Positions 29,054 through 39,254 of a DNA stretch of 64,000 bases are shown in pieces. Origin of the DNA: Candidatus Desulfaltia sp. (GTDB lineage: Bacteria > Desulfobacterota > Desulfobacteria > Desulfobacterales > ETH-SRB1); contig JAUSPN010000028.1 of assembly GCA_030656555.1 (NCBI GenBank), positions 2,630 to 66,629 of the forward strand, given 5' to 3'. The position numbers and the translations under genes were made by a program. A model generated the notes under the pieces. That model saw nothing but the letters and a program-made list of their open reading frames with translations, made no database searches and was not told the origin of the DNA. Positions within the stretch are counted from its first letter, which is position 1. Each line of letters begins with the position of its first letter.

Positions 29054-31360
29054 ATGAAACTGACGGATAATGAGATAAGAGATATTAATCGGTATCTGGA
29101 GGAAGGCAAACCACTGCCGGAGAAGTACCGGTTTTTGCTGTTTGAGGATAAGCGGGAGGTGGAACTGGTCTGGAATGGCAAAACCAGTGAGGTTTGCAAT
29201 GTGATTTTACCGTTTCAGGTGATCGAACAGGTTGACGAGCCGCGCGAGGAGAAAGCCGTTAAATTACAGATGGACCTCTTTGACATGCAGACCGGCAGGC
29301 AGATCAAGGGCTGGAACAATAAGCTAATCTGGGGCGATAACAAGCTGATTTTATCCTCGCTGAAAAACGGGCCGCTAAGGGAAGAAATAGAGGCACAGGG
29401 CGGCATCAAGCTGATCTATATTGACCCGCCGTTTGATGTGGGAGCTGATTTTTCAATGGATATTGAAATTGGCGGTGAGACACTTACCAAAAAGCCCGGG
29501 ATACTGGAAGAAATCGCTTACAGGGATACATGGGGCAAAGGGGCTGATTCATTTATCAGTATGATTTATGAACGGTTAGTGCTGATGCGGGATCTGCTGG
29601 CCGAGGATGGCAGTATTTATGTGCATTGTGATTGGCGGGTGAATAGTTATATCCGTACCATTCTTGGGGAGATATTCGGACCGGATAGTATTCGCAACGA
29701 GATTGCTTGGAGACGATCTTATAGTCACAACGACGGTAATCGGTTTGGAATCATTACAGATACTATTTTCTGGTTCTCCAAATCCAATCGATGGACATAC
29801 AACAAGATTTTCATCCCGAGAACAGATGAGGAAACAACACAAGAGTATCCACACCTCGATAAAGCCACCGGCAAACGATTCAAGTCCGTTTCAATGAACG
29901 CGGCTGGACAAGGCGAACCGAGACACTTCGGCAACCAAGGGCTACTGTCACCCCCAAAGGGACGACACTGGATTTGGACGCAAGATCGAATCGATAAAGC
30001 ACTGACCGATGGAATCATTTTCTTTTCGAGCAACAGCGTGCCTCGATACAAGCAATTCGCTGAAGATATTGAAGGGAAACAGGTCCAAAACCTCTGGACA
30101 GATTTTATGGCCGTATCATCTCAGGCGAATGAGTTATTGAATTACCCCACCCAAAAACCCGAAGCCCTTGTAAAACGTATCATAAAAGCCTCATCCAACG
30201 AAGGTGATCTTATTGCCGATTTTTTCTGCGGCTCCGGCACCACCCTTGCAGTTGCCGAAAAACTGAACCGCAAATGGCTCGGCTCAGACCTTGGAAAATT
30301 TGCTATCCACACTACCCGCAAGCGCATGATCGGTGTGCAGCGGCAGCTCAAAAACGAGGATAAAAGCTGGCGCGCCTTTGAAATCCTTAATTTAGGCAAA
30401 TATGAACGCCAGCATTACATTGGCGTTAATCCCAATCTCAGGGAACAGGAAAAACAGAAACAATTGGAAGCCAAGGAAAAAGATTTCCTCAATCTCATCC
30501 TCCACGCCTACCGTGCAGAAGCAGTCAGCCAGTTCAAGACCTTTCAGGGTAAAAAGGCCGGGCGTTTGGTGGCGGTGGGTCCTGTGAATCTGCCTGTTAC
30601 CCGTTTGTTTGTAGAAGAGATTATTCTGGAATGCCGCCAGAAACACATTACCCGTGTGGATATTTTAGGGTTTGAGTTTGAAATGGGGCTGTTTCCCAAT
30701 ATTCTGGACGAGGCCAAAGCCAAGGGAATTGATCTTGCAATGAAATACATTCCACGGGATGTATTTGACAAGCGGGCGGTGGAGAAAAATCAGGTGGTGT
30801 TTCATGATGTTTCTTTTATTGAGATCAAGCCGCATTTTAAAAAGAACAGTATTGCCGTTGAATTGACCGATTTTTCCGTTTTTTATTCACAGGATGCCGA
30901 AGGCGCTGATGAAAGCCTGAAAAACCGCAAAAGCAAGGTTATTGTGGACAAGGGACAGGTGATCAAGATCAGCAAAGACAAAGATGGCATTGTAAGCCGC
31001 GAAGTATTGACGCAGAATTGGACCGACTGGATCGATTACTGGGCTGTTAACTTTAATTTTGAGAGTAAAAGGGAAATAGTGCGGGTAAAAAGAGAACCTG
31101 ATGCGCAGGTACATCTTGACGGCAGCGCAGATCCGGTTCAACTGAAGTTTGGCGATTATGAAGAAGTCTGGACAGGCGATTATGTGTTTGAAAACGAGTG
31201 GCAGTCCTTTCGCACAAAAAAAGACCGCTCGCTGGAACTCAAAAGCGTGTTTAGGGAATGCCCGCCGGGTCGGCGCAAGATCGCTGTGAAGGTAGTGGAT
31301 ATTTTTGGCAATGACACTATGAAAATAGTGGAAGTGACGATGGGAGGGAAAAAACAATGA
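29054..31360 (+). CDS. mod: type III restriction-modification DNA methyltransferase (Mod), beta-class N6/N4
   Basis: Motif [10 protein letters not shown] precedes motif [10 protein letters not shown] (beta permutation). 768 aa, in an operon with a Res helicase-nuclease. Confidence 0.85.
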   Translation: MKLTDNEIRDINRYLEEGKPLPEKYRFLLFEDKREVELVWNGKTSEVCNVILPFQVIEQVDEPREEKAVKLQMDLFDMQTGRQIKGWNNKLIWGDNKLILSSLKNGPLREEIEAQGGIKLIYIDPPFDVGADFSMDIEIGGETLTKKPGILEEIAYRDTWGKGADSFISMIYERLVLMRDLLAEDGSIYVHCDWRVNSYIRTILGEIFGPDSIRNEIAWRRSYSHNDGNRFGIITDTIFWFSKSNRWTYNKIFIPRTDEETTQEYPHLDKATGKRFKSVSMNAAGQGEPRHFGNQGLLSPPKGRHWIWTQDRIDKALTDGIIFFSSNSVPRYKQFAEDIEGKQVQNLWTDFMAVSSQANELLNYPTQKPEALVKRIIKASSNEGDLIADFFCGSGTTLAVAEKLNRKWLGSDLGKFAIHTTRKRMIGVQRQLKNEDKSWRAFEILNLGKYERQHYIGVNPNLREQEKQKQLEAKEKDFLNLILHAYRAEAVSQFKTFQGKKAGRLVAVGPVNLPVTRLFVEEIILECRQKHITRVDILGFEFEMGLFPNILDEAKAKGIDLAMKYIPRDVFDKRAVEKNQVVFHDVSFIEIKPHFKKNSIAVELTDFSVFYSQDAEGADESLKNRKSKVIVDKGQVIKISKDKDGIVSREVLTQNWTDWIDYWAVNFNFESKREIVRVKREPDAQVHLDGSADPVQLKFGDYEEVWTGDYVFENEWQSFRTKKDRSLELKSVFRECPPGRRKIAVKVVDIFGNDTMKIVEVTMGGKKQ

Positions 31361-32174
31361 AAAAAATCAAAGTGTTGGAAAAAGAGATTTCCCTCTACTC
31401 ACAAAAAGAAGAAGATTACATCTGTATTACTGATATTGCCAGATATAAGCATTCAGATAGAACTGATGACTTGATTAGAAATTGGCTTAGGAATAGAAAT
31501 ACTATTGAATTCTTAGGGATTTGGGAGCATCTGAACAATCCGGATTTTAAACCCGTCGAATTCGACGGGTTTAAAAAACAGGCGGGTCTTAATAGTTTTA
31601 CATTAACACCTAAACAATGGATTGAAAAGACGAATGCAATAGGATTGATTTCCAAAGCCGACGGTACGGCGGGACTTATGCGCACAAAGACATTGCGTTT
31701 GAGTTTGCATCATGGATTTCGGTTGAATTCAAGCTGTATCTCATCAAGGAATTCCAGCGGCTTAAAGATGAAGAACAAAAGCAGCTTGGATGGGATATCA
31801 AACGGAACCTGGCTAAAATTAACTATCGGATTCATACCAATGCCATCAAAGAAAATCTCATTCCACCGGAGCTGACAAGCCAGCAGATTAATCTTGTTTA
31901 TGCATCTGAAGCAGATATTTTAAATATGGCACTATTTGGTATGACTGCAGGACAGTGGCGGGATGCGAACCCGGATAAGAAAGGAAATATTCGTGATTAT
32001 GCCAATGTATCACAACTGGTTTGCCTGTCTAATATGGAAAATCTGAATGCAATGTTTATTAATGATGGAATTTCACAATCCAAACGGCTTGTCAAACTCA
32101 ACCAGGTTGCCATTCAGCAGATGAGGCTGCTTACTGATGACAGCGGTGTGAGAAAGCTGGAAGGAGGCAAATAA
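31357..32174 (+). pseudogene. KilA-N domain DNA-binding protein, frameshifted
   Basis: ORFs 31357..31875 and 31926..32174 are two frames of one gene. Aligned to the paralog at 36363, one nt is missing near 31655 (AAAGCCGAC-GGTACGGCGGG vs AAGGCCGGCAGGTACGGCGGG). The shifted frame reads GRYGGTYAHKDIAFEFASWISVEFKLY... through to the stop that overlaps the res ATG. Confidence 0.75.
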
Positions 32175-34879
32175 TGGCCATACATCCGGATTTTCCGACC
32201 TCCCCTTACAGCATACTGGAGCCTGATATCCGCTGGTTCCCCGCAGATGAAGCTCTCCGGGAATCAAGCTATGAAAAGCTGTTGCCGCCTCTGGTGCATG
32301 AACTGCGTAAAAAGGTAAAAGCGTGGCGGAATAATGGCTATGAAGGGGCAACACATACCAGTATCGCTCTGCTGAACTGGTGGTTTAATCAAGAGCATAT
32401 GCTGCCCAAAGCAGGCGGCGCGATGGCGAAGTTTGAATACTACTTTGCCCAGCAAGAAGCGGTTGAAAGCATTATCTATCTTTATGATGTGGTTAATGTG
32501 AAGGACAAATATGATCTGCTTCGTTTTGATTCGTCCGGTGCGGTGTCTGCCAATATGTTTGATGAATCGTGGCTTCGTTTTGTAATTAAGATGGCAACCG
32601 GCACCGGCAAAACCAAGGTGATGAGCCTGGTTCTGGCCTGGTGTTATTTTCACAAACTTTATGAGCCGGATTCGGACCTGGCGCGTAATTTTCTGCTGAT
32701 TACGCCTAATATCATTGTGCTGGATCGGATCAGAACGGATTTTGACGGGTTGCGGATATTCTTTGAAGATCCGGTGCTACCGCCTAATGGATATTCAGAC
32801 GGTTTCGAGGGGCGCAATTGGCGCGATGATTTTCAACTGACCCTGCATATTCAGGATGAGGTTAATGTTACCCGCAAGACCGGCAATATATTTCTAACCA
32901 ATATCCACCGTGTATATTCCGGTAACGATGTTGAGCCCTCCGCTGACGATGAAGATACCATGGATTATTTTCTGGGCAAGCATCCCACAGGCGCTACTAC
33001 TGATTCCAAAGTCGATCTTGGTGATATTGTCCGCGATATTGATGAACTGGTGGTTCTGAATGACGAGGCGCACCATATTCATGATCCTCAAATGGCATGG
33101 TTCAAGTCGATTGAAGATATTCACAACCGACTGAAACACAAGGATAAGTTTCTCTCCCTGCAAGTGGACATGACCGCTACCCCCAAGCACAACAATGGTG
33201 CTATCTTTGTGCAGACCATTTCGGATTATCCTTTGGTAGAGGCAATTTCGCAAAATGTGGTCAAACACCCGGTACTTCCCGATTCCGCAAGCCGTGCTAA
33301 ACTAAGTGAGCGGCAAAGTTCCAAATATACGGAAAAATATGCCGATTACCTGAATCTGGGTATTGAGGAATGGCGCAAAGCATACAAAGAACATGAAAAG
33401 ATGGACAAAAAAGCCATTCTCTTTGTGATGACTGACGATACCAGAAACTGTGATGATGTGGATGAATATCTGGAGGCTACCTATCCTGATTTGAAAGATG
33501 CGGTGCTGGTGATTCATACCAAAAACAACGGTGAGATCAGCGAAGCGGCAAGCGGCAAGACTAAGGATGTTCTGGAAAAGCTGCGCAAGCAGTCCAATCA
33601 AATTGATAGCTGGGACAGCCCTTACAAGGCTATTGTCTCGGTAATGATGCTAAAAGAGGGTTGGGATGTGAAAAACGTGACCACTATCGTGGGATTGCGT
33701 CCCTATTCTGCCCAAAGTAATATTTTACCGGAGCAAACCCTGGGCCGGGGCTTGCGAAAAATGTATCCAGGCTATGATGTGGAGGAATACGTCAGCGTTG
33801 TGGGAACTGATGCTTTTATGGATTTTGTGGAGTCCATCCAGTCCGAAGGTGTTGAGCTTGAGCGCAAGGCTATGGGTGAAGGCACCAAGCCAAAAACGCC
33901 GATTATCGTTGAAATTGATAATGAAAATACAAAAAAGGATATCGACAAACTTGATATCGAGATTCCGGTATTAAGTCCGAGGGTGTATAGGGAATACAAG
34001 AATCTCAGCGGTTTAAACACCGGGCATTTTGGGCATAAAAAAGTAGAATACAAAACGTTCAGCATCGAAGAACAGCGTGAGATTGTATTTAAGGATATAA
34101 CTACAGGCGAAATCAATCATATAACCATCCTGGATTCAGGAGCGGTTACCGACTATCGCTCTGTGGTGGGATATTTCACTCGGGTTATTATGAAGGATTT
34201 AAGGCTGTTCAGCGGCTATGACGTGCTGTACGGGAAAGTTAAATATTTTATTCAAGATGAATTGTTTGAAAAACCGGTTGACCTTGACAGCCTGAATACC
34301 TTGCGAAATCTGTCCGAACTTGAAGCCAGCAAAACCCTGGTGGAAACATTTAAAAAGCAGATTAACGCTTTAACTGTTCAGGACAAGGGAGACGCAAAAA
34401 TTAGTGATACGATTAAGTTGAGAAAAACACGGCCATTTGTCGTTAAAGAGCAGGGATATATCATACCTAAGAAAAGTATTTTTAATAAAATTATCGGTGA
34501 CAGCAATCTGGAATTACAGTTTGCCGCCTATCTTGAAGACTGCGACGATATTATTTCCTATGTGAAAAACTATATGGCCGTTCACTTCAAGATTGATTAC
34601 GTAAATGCAAACGGCGAGATATCCAACTATTACCCTGATTTTGTCGTCAAAAAATCAGCAAAAGAAATCTTTATTATTGAAACTAAAGGGCTTGAAGACC
34701 TTGATGTGCCTTTGAAAATGGAAAGGTTGGAACAGTGGTGCGTTGATGTTAACAAAATTCAAGCTACTATCAAATATGATTATGTTTTTGTGGATGAGGG
34801 AAGTTTTAATCAATATAAGCCTAAGAGTTTCAAAGAATTGACAGCGGGATTCAGGAAGTATAAGGAACGAAATAAATGA
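32174..34879 (+). CDS. res: type III restriction enzyme Res subunit (SF2 helicase + PD-(D/E)xK nuclease)
   Basis: Walker A MATGTGKTKV, DEAH box LNDEAHHIH, C-terminal YYPDFVV...IIETKG nuclease motif. Confidence 0.85.
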   Translation: MAIHPDFPTSPYSILEPDIRWFPADEALRESSYEKLLPPLVHELRKKVKAWRNNGYEGATHTSIALLNWWFNQEHMLPKAGGAMAKFEYYFAQQEAVESIIYLYDVVNVKDKYDLLRFDSSGAVSANMFDESWLRFVIKMATGTGKTKVMSLVLAWCYFHKLYEPDSDLARNFLLITPNIIVLDRIRTDFDGLRIFFEDPVLPPNGYSDGFEGRNWRDDFQLTLHIQDEVNVTRKTGNIFLTNIHRVYSGNDVEPSADDEDTMDYFLGKHPTGATTDSKVDLGDIVRDIDELVVLNDEAHHIHDPQMAWFKSIEDIHNRLKHKDKFLSLQVDMTATPKHNNGAIFVQTISDYPLVEAISQNVVKHPVLPDSASRAKLSERQSSKYTEKYADYLNLGIEEWRKAYKEHEKMDKKAILFVMTDDTRNCDDVDEYLEATYPDLKDAVLVIHTKNNGEISEAASGKTKDVLEKLRKQSNQIDSWDSPYKAIVSVMMLKEGWDVKNVTTIVGLRPYSAQSNILPEQTLGRGLRKMYPGYDVEEYVSVVGTDAFMDFVESIQSEGVELERKAMGEGTKPKTPIIVEIDNENTKKDIDKLDIEIPVLSPRVYREYKNLSGLNTGHFGHKKVEYKTFSIEEQREIVFKDITTGEINHITILDSGAVTDYRSVVGYFTRVIMKDLRLFSGYDVLYGKVKYFIQDELFEKPVDLDSLNTLRNLSELEASKTLVETFKKQINALTVQDKGDAKISDTIKLRKTRPFVVKEQGYIIPKKSIFNKIIGDSNLELQFAAYLEDCDDIISYVKNYMAVHFKIDYVNANGEISNYYPDFVVKKSAKEIFIIETKGLEDLDVPLKMERLEQWCVDVNKIQATIKYDYVFVDEGSFNQYKPKSFKELTAGFRKYKERNK

Positions 34880-35039
34880 CGAAAAACATTAAGCGTTTCC
34901 CTAATAATTTAATTAAATAATAACGGGAACTTACGTGACGTTCTCAACCTTTAAACTTGCGAGGATTATGGGAAGTCCGGGGCGTTGTTGCCTATGTTGA
35001 ATAATTGTAAGGATGATGCGCAATATTGCTTATGGAAAA

Positions 35040-35630
35040 ATGAATAAAGACGCAAAACCAAACCTCTACATTATAGCTGGACCAAACGGTTCAGGTAAAA
35101 CAACTTTTGCAAAAGAGTTTTTGCCGAATTATGCGGGTTGTTTTGAATTTGTTAACGCGGATTTAATAGCTAGTGGTCTTTCGCCCTTTAAACCTGAATC
35201 GGTGGCTATAAAGGCAAGCAGGCTTATGCTGGAACAGATGAATTTGCTGGCTGAAAGTCGGGTTGATTTTGCCATTGAAACTACATTGTCCGGAAAAGCT
35301 TATGTTCATTTTCTGCGGGACTTGAAATCTAAAGGATATAAGATCCATCTATTTTTTTTATGGGTTCGCTGTATTGAAATTGTCCTTGAACGTATAGCCG
35401 ATCGTGTGAGAAGAGGAGGTCACAATATCCCGGAAAATATTGTACAGCGCCGTTTTAATAAAGGGATATACCACCTTTTTAATATTTATAGGCCCTTGCT
35501 GGATTATTGGGCTGTTTTTGATAATTCCAGTAATTTGCCTTTAATGATTGTTTTTGAAGAATCAGGGAAGCTTAAAATTATTGATAATGAATTGTTTGAA
35601 CTGATTGTTCAAAATACGGGGGAAAGATGA
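35040..35630 (+). CDS. zeta-toxin-like / COG4185 P-loop ATPase-kinase
   Basis: [19 protein letters not shown] Walker A close to the N-terminus, about 195 aa. Met at 35040 preferred. Confidence 0.65.
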   Translation: MNKDAKPNLYIIAGPNGSGKTTFAKEFLPNYAGCFEFVNADLIASGLSPFKPESVAIKASRLMLEQMNLLAESRVDFAIETTLSGKAYVHFLRDLKSKGYKIHLFFLWVRCIEIVLERIADRVRRGGHNIPENIVQRRFNKGIYHLFNIYRPLLDYWAVFDNSSNLPLMIVFEESGKLKIIDNELFELIVQNTGER

Positions 35631-35851
35631 AAAAAAAGGATTTATCAGGCATACCTATTGGAATACGCGCGGAAGAAGCGCTGAAAAAAGCTGTTGCAGA
35701 TACAATTGCAGATCACAAACGTACTGGAGATCCAATTGTAATATGGCGTGATGGAAAAGTTGTAAAAATCCCGGCAGACCAGATCGAAGTCTATGAGACT
35801 GAATCTGAATATGGGAAACTCAAAGAAATGAAAAATGGTGTCAAATCTTGA
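35627..35851 (+). CDS. 74-aa hypothetical protein, translationally coupled to the zeta-like gene
   Basis: ATGA overlap with the upstream stop. No recognisable family. Confidence 0.4.
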   Translation: MKKKDLSGIPIGIRAEEALKKAVADTIADHKRTGDPIVIWRDGKVVKIPADQIEVYETESEYGKLKEMKNGVKS

Positions 35852-36189
35852 CACCAAAGCCGACACCAAAGCCCTCATTTATTGAGAAGGCCGGTACGGG
35901 CATTCGGCGGATGCGTGACGGGGCAAGGGAGCGGGGGTATCCAGAACCCGAGTTTTCCGCGGATACTTTTTTTATTGCTGTGTCCCGGCCGATTCCTGCG
36001 GTGAGCAAAAAAGATACCCTGCAAGTTACTCCGGAAGGTACTTGGTCAAGTCGGGACTAAGCCGGGACCAAGTTCAGGCCCATGACGAGGCCCATGAGAC
36101 ACGGAAATCCACCGCACATGTACCGCACAAGTGGCGCACATGTTGCCATTCTCAAAGCTGCCATAGAACCAAACACACGGGGATTTACG
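35848..36189 (+). pseudogene. C-terminal remnant of an AlbA_2/HATPase_c_4-type ATP-dependent DNA-binding regulator
   Basis: FIEKAGTGIRRMRDGARERGYPEPEFSADTFFIAVSRP matches the conserved C-terminal module of that family. The GTK-repeat and winged-helix region that follows is scattered over other frames. There is no N-terminal part. Confidence 0.55.
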
Positions 36190-36362
36190 TTCTCAACTTT
36201 TAAACTTGTGAGGACTATGGGAAGTTGTAAGCGGGGGCTGGCGGCTGGCAGGGGACTTGCGGGGCATTAATTTATAAGTTGATGTGGTAATTGAACTGAA
36301 GAAGGTAGTTGACCCCGGTTAAATAAAAGCAAACTGTTTATAGTATAGGTGGAAGGCAACTC

Positions 36363-37115
36363 ATGGTTAAACGAAAAGTAAATGTTAAAGGAACTGAAAT
36401 AGTGCTTTTTTCAAAAGAAAAGGAAGATTATATCTCCCTTAGCGATATAGCAAGGTACAAAGATTCGGAAAGAAGTGATTATATCCTCCAAAACTGGATG
36501 AGAAATCGAAGCACTATTGAATTTATCGGTTTGTGGGAACAAATACACAACCCCAATTTTAATTCCATCGAATTCGATGGGTTTAAAAATGAAGCTGGTT
36601 CAAATAGTTTCACCCTTACACCAAAAAAATGGATAACCGCAACAAATGCAATAGGCATTATTTCCAAGGCCGGCAGGTACGGCGGGACCTATGCCCATCA
36701 GGATATAGCCTTTGAATTTGCATCATGGATAAGCGCTGAATTCAAATTATATCTCCTTAAAGAGTTTCAACGGCTGAAACAGGCGGAAATTGATCAGAAA
36801 AAGCTGGAATGGAATGTCTCCCGCACCCTTGTAAAGGTTAATTATCTTATACATACCGATGCCATAAAAGAAAACCTGATTCCTGAAAAAATATCTGAAA
36901 GCAAACGAAAATTTGTTTATGCAGACGAAGCAGACTTATTAAACATTGCATTATTTGGGAAAACTGCAAATTACCGGCGAGGAGGCAGAAGTTTTGAGAT
37001 GCCAAACTGGCATCTCAAAGCCTGGGCGTGGTGGGCGCCGTTATTTGCCTTATGTCTTTACGGAACAAGGAGTTGCGATGCTTTCCTTATTCCAAACTTA
37101 GTCAGGAAGACATGA
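36363..37115 (+). pseudogene. KilA-N domain protein paralog, truncated after ~aa 202 and joined to an ORF6N-type fragment
   Basis: Colinear with 31357..32174 up to ...ADEADLLNIALFGKTA (~36968). After that, another frame (36970..37101) reads ITGEEAEVLRCQTGISKPGRGGRRYLPYVFTEQGVAMLS, the ORF6N signature. Confidence 0.65.
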
Positions 37116-37279
37116 AATATGTGGAGAAACATTATTGAAGGCAAAAGATAAATAGCCTGAGTAAAAACAGGGGGTGTCCATTGGATTATTGGTTTAGGGA
37201 AGTCCCTTGTTGACTTTTTCAGAGGCATATCCGAAACATTATGCAGAATAATCAAAATAAACATGGTAATTTTTGAGGT

Positions 37280-37792
37280 TTGCTTATGGCTGTTTCTTTA
37301 ACGGCACAACCCGAGTCTGTTTTTATGCACAAGAACATCCCTTTGTTTCTTAAACGCTTTTCTTTGTCCTATTTCAGGGAAGATTCATGCATTGAATACT
37401 TTATCGGCAAACCCAATTCGATCGAAACAATTTCATCTTCTCTCGTCTTTTCATATTATTCACCAAAAAAAGATCTGCATGTTTCAAGGTTTTATCCTGA
37501 GCTGTATCTGCGATCAAATTCAAAATATTTGTCGGCTGCGTGCTTCTATCTAGTGATACAACATTGCTCTGAATGTTTTTCACTCGATGATACATGCCAT
37601 ATCAGTCTTGAAACAGTGGAAAATATCAGCGACAGTTTCTACAGAAAACTGGGTGATTTCAATTTCAATGTCAGCAGACACTTTGTGGGAAATGTTGTTG
37701 AAATAGTTAGCGGTATTGTTAAATCAAATGTAGATACCAGTATTATTAAGGAGCATATTTATCAACCAGGTGAAATTCCTTTCATGAAATAG
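37280..37792 (+). CDS. hypothetical protein
   Basis: 170-codon ORF in an AT-rich region. No recognisable motif and an uncertain start. Confidence 0.3.
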   Translation: MLMAVSLTAQPESVFMHKNIPLFLKRFSLSYFREDSCIEYFIGKPNSIETISSSLVFSYYSPKKDLHVSRFYPELYLRSNSKYLSAACFYLVIQHCSECFSLDDTCHISLETVENISDSFYRKLGDFNFNVSRHFVGNVVEIVSGIVKSNVDTSIIKEHIYQPGEIPFMK

Positions 37793-37902
37793 CATTCATT
37801 ATTGACCGGATTGCGCCATGCAAGCCCCGCTTTTTAAGGCGGGGAGCTTCAATAACTATAACATCGTGAAAGAAATTCTCGGCTCCCGAAATTTCCAATC
37901 CA

Positions 37903-38505
37903 GTGTTCATGCGACTATTAAAAGGTACATCCTTGAAGGCAAAAGCTGAAAATATTGAAATTGACGGTATTGGACGGATTTTGTTTGAACGCAGTAAGCG
38001 GGCGAATAATATCAATGTTTCGGTGAAACCATTCAAAGGTGTTCGAGTTGCCGTTCCTCATGGCGTATCATTCGATAAAGCCAGGCAGTTTGCACAATCG
38101 AAAAGAAGCTGGATACAAAAACACCTGGATAAAATGAAGCAGGTGGAAAAGGAGCATGACGCCTTTAAAAAGAATTCTATTGAAATCGACAGGGCAGAAG
38201 CCAGAAAGAAGCTTGTTGACCGATTAAATGAATTGTCCGGGCAACACGATTTTAGCTATAACAAAGTGTCCATAAGAAACCAAAAGACCAGATGGGGGAG
38301 CTGTTCGGGCAATAACAATATAAGCCTCAACATGAAGCTGGTCAGATTGCCGGGAGAAATGATTGATTATGTCCTCTTGCATGAACTTGTTCATACCCGC
38401 ATAAAAAACCACGCCAATGAATTTTGGGCGGAGTTGAACAGGTTTGATGGGGATGCCAGAGGGATGAGCAAAAGGTTAAATAAATATAAAGTGTTTTTGC
38501 TTTGA
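37903..38505 (+). CDS. DUF45/YgjP-like (M48/SprT-type) zinc metallohydrolase
   Basis: RWGSCS...ISLNMKL and LLHELVHTRIKNH (HExxH) motifs. This family is often linked to type I R-M loci. Confidence 0.75.
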   Translation: MFMRLLKGTSLKAKAENIEIDGIGRILFERSKRANNINVSVKPFKGVRVAVPHGVSFDKARQFAQSKRSWIQKHLDKMKQVEKEHDAFKKNSIEIDRAEARKKLVDRLNELSGQHDFSYNKVSIRNQKTRWGSCSGNNNISLNMKLVRLPGEMIDYVLLHELVHTRIKNHANEFWAELNRFDGDARGMSKRLNKYKVFLL

Positions 38506-38717
38506 AAGGTTCCTCTATGCTTGGTGTCCTGATTGGGTAACATTTTATTTGGAGCAATTCGTAGCAATTCTTCTATAATAATTCTTCTTGACAAACAAAT
38601 GAGGTAGGTTTACCCTGTACACCTATAGGATAGGTTTTTATCAAAAAGGCCTATCCTTTTTGCGTTATAAAGGTCATAAAAAGGTTACAACAAGCATAAG
38701 TTGTATGTTAAAAGGAG

Positions 38718-38975
38718 GTGAATTCAATAAAGAAGACAATAGCGATAGTACTTTCATTGTTTTTTGTTTTTGCATTTACATCAGCATCTTTTGCGGCTGA
38801 AAAGGCAGCTCCTGCAAAGGCTGAAGAGACAGTAGTAGCTCCTGCAAAGGCTGAAGCGAAGAAAGCGACTAAGGCTGCAAAAGCCACGAAGAAGAAAGCA
38901 GTTTCTTCAAAAGCAAAGGTGAAAGCAGCAGCTCCAGCAAAGGTTGAAGAGAAAGCAGCAGTTCCAGAAAAATAA
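38718..38975 (+). CDS. small secreted Ala/Lys-rich low-complexity protein
   Basis: Signal peptide KKTIAIVLSLFFVFAFTSASFA|AEK, then APAKAE/KAAK-type repeats. AGGAGG upstream (start codon uncertain) and a strong terminator downstream. Confidence 0.55.
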   Translation: MNSIKKTIAIVLSLFFVFAFTSASFAAEKAAPAKAEETVVAPAKAEAKKATKAAKATKKKAVSSKAKVKAAAPAKVEEKAAVPEK

Positions 38976-39003
38976 ACGCAAGTTATTAGTAATAAATATG
39001 TAG

Positions 39004-39044
39004 AAAACACCCTCTCAGGGGTATATCCCCAAGAGGGTGTTTTT
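39004..39044 (+). terminator. rho-independent terminator
   Basis: AAAACACCCTCT / AGAGGGTGTTTT stem with a T-run. Confidence 0.8.
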
Positions 39045-39050
39045 ATTGTT

Positions 39051-39254
39051 TTGTTAAGAACAATTATAATTCCCGAGCCTTGCGGGACATTCGAAATAAA
39101 TCTTCCTTCCACCATTAGAAATCCAATAGAAATCCAACAAAAAATCATAACTGAAATCGAAGCCGAACGTGAGCTTGTGGGGACAAATAAAAAGCTGATT
39201 GAGATTTTTGAGAAAAAGATAAAGGACAAAATCGGTGAAGTATGGGGTGAATGA
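39051..39254 (+). pseudogene. C-terminal remnant of an HsdS-like specificity/methylase tail
   Basis: IEIQQKIITEIEAERELVGTNKKLIEIFEKKIKDKIGEVWGE is the conserved coiled-coil C-terminus of type I S / type IIG specificity modules. No upstream target-recognition domain is present. Confidence 0.55.

Noticed and set aside
37821-37850. Isolated GC-rich hairpin AAGCCCCGC-TTTTTAAG-GCGGGGAGCTT, reminiscent of IS605/TnpB right-end or CRISPR-repeat-like stems
   Set aside because: It is a single copy with no adjacent tnpB/tnpA-like coding sequence and no T-run, so the evidence is insufficient for any assignment.
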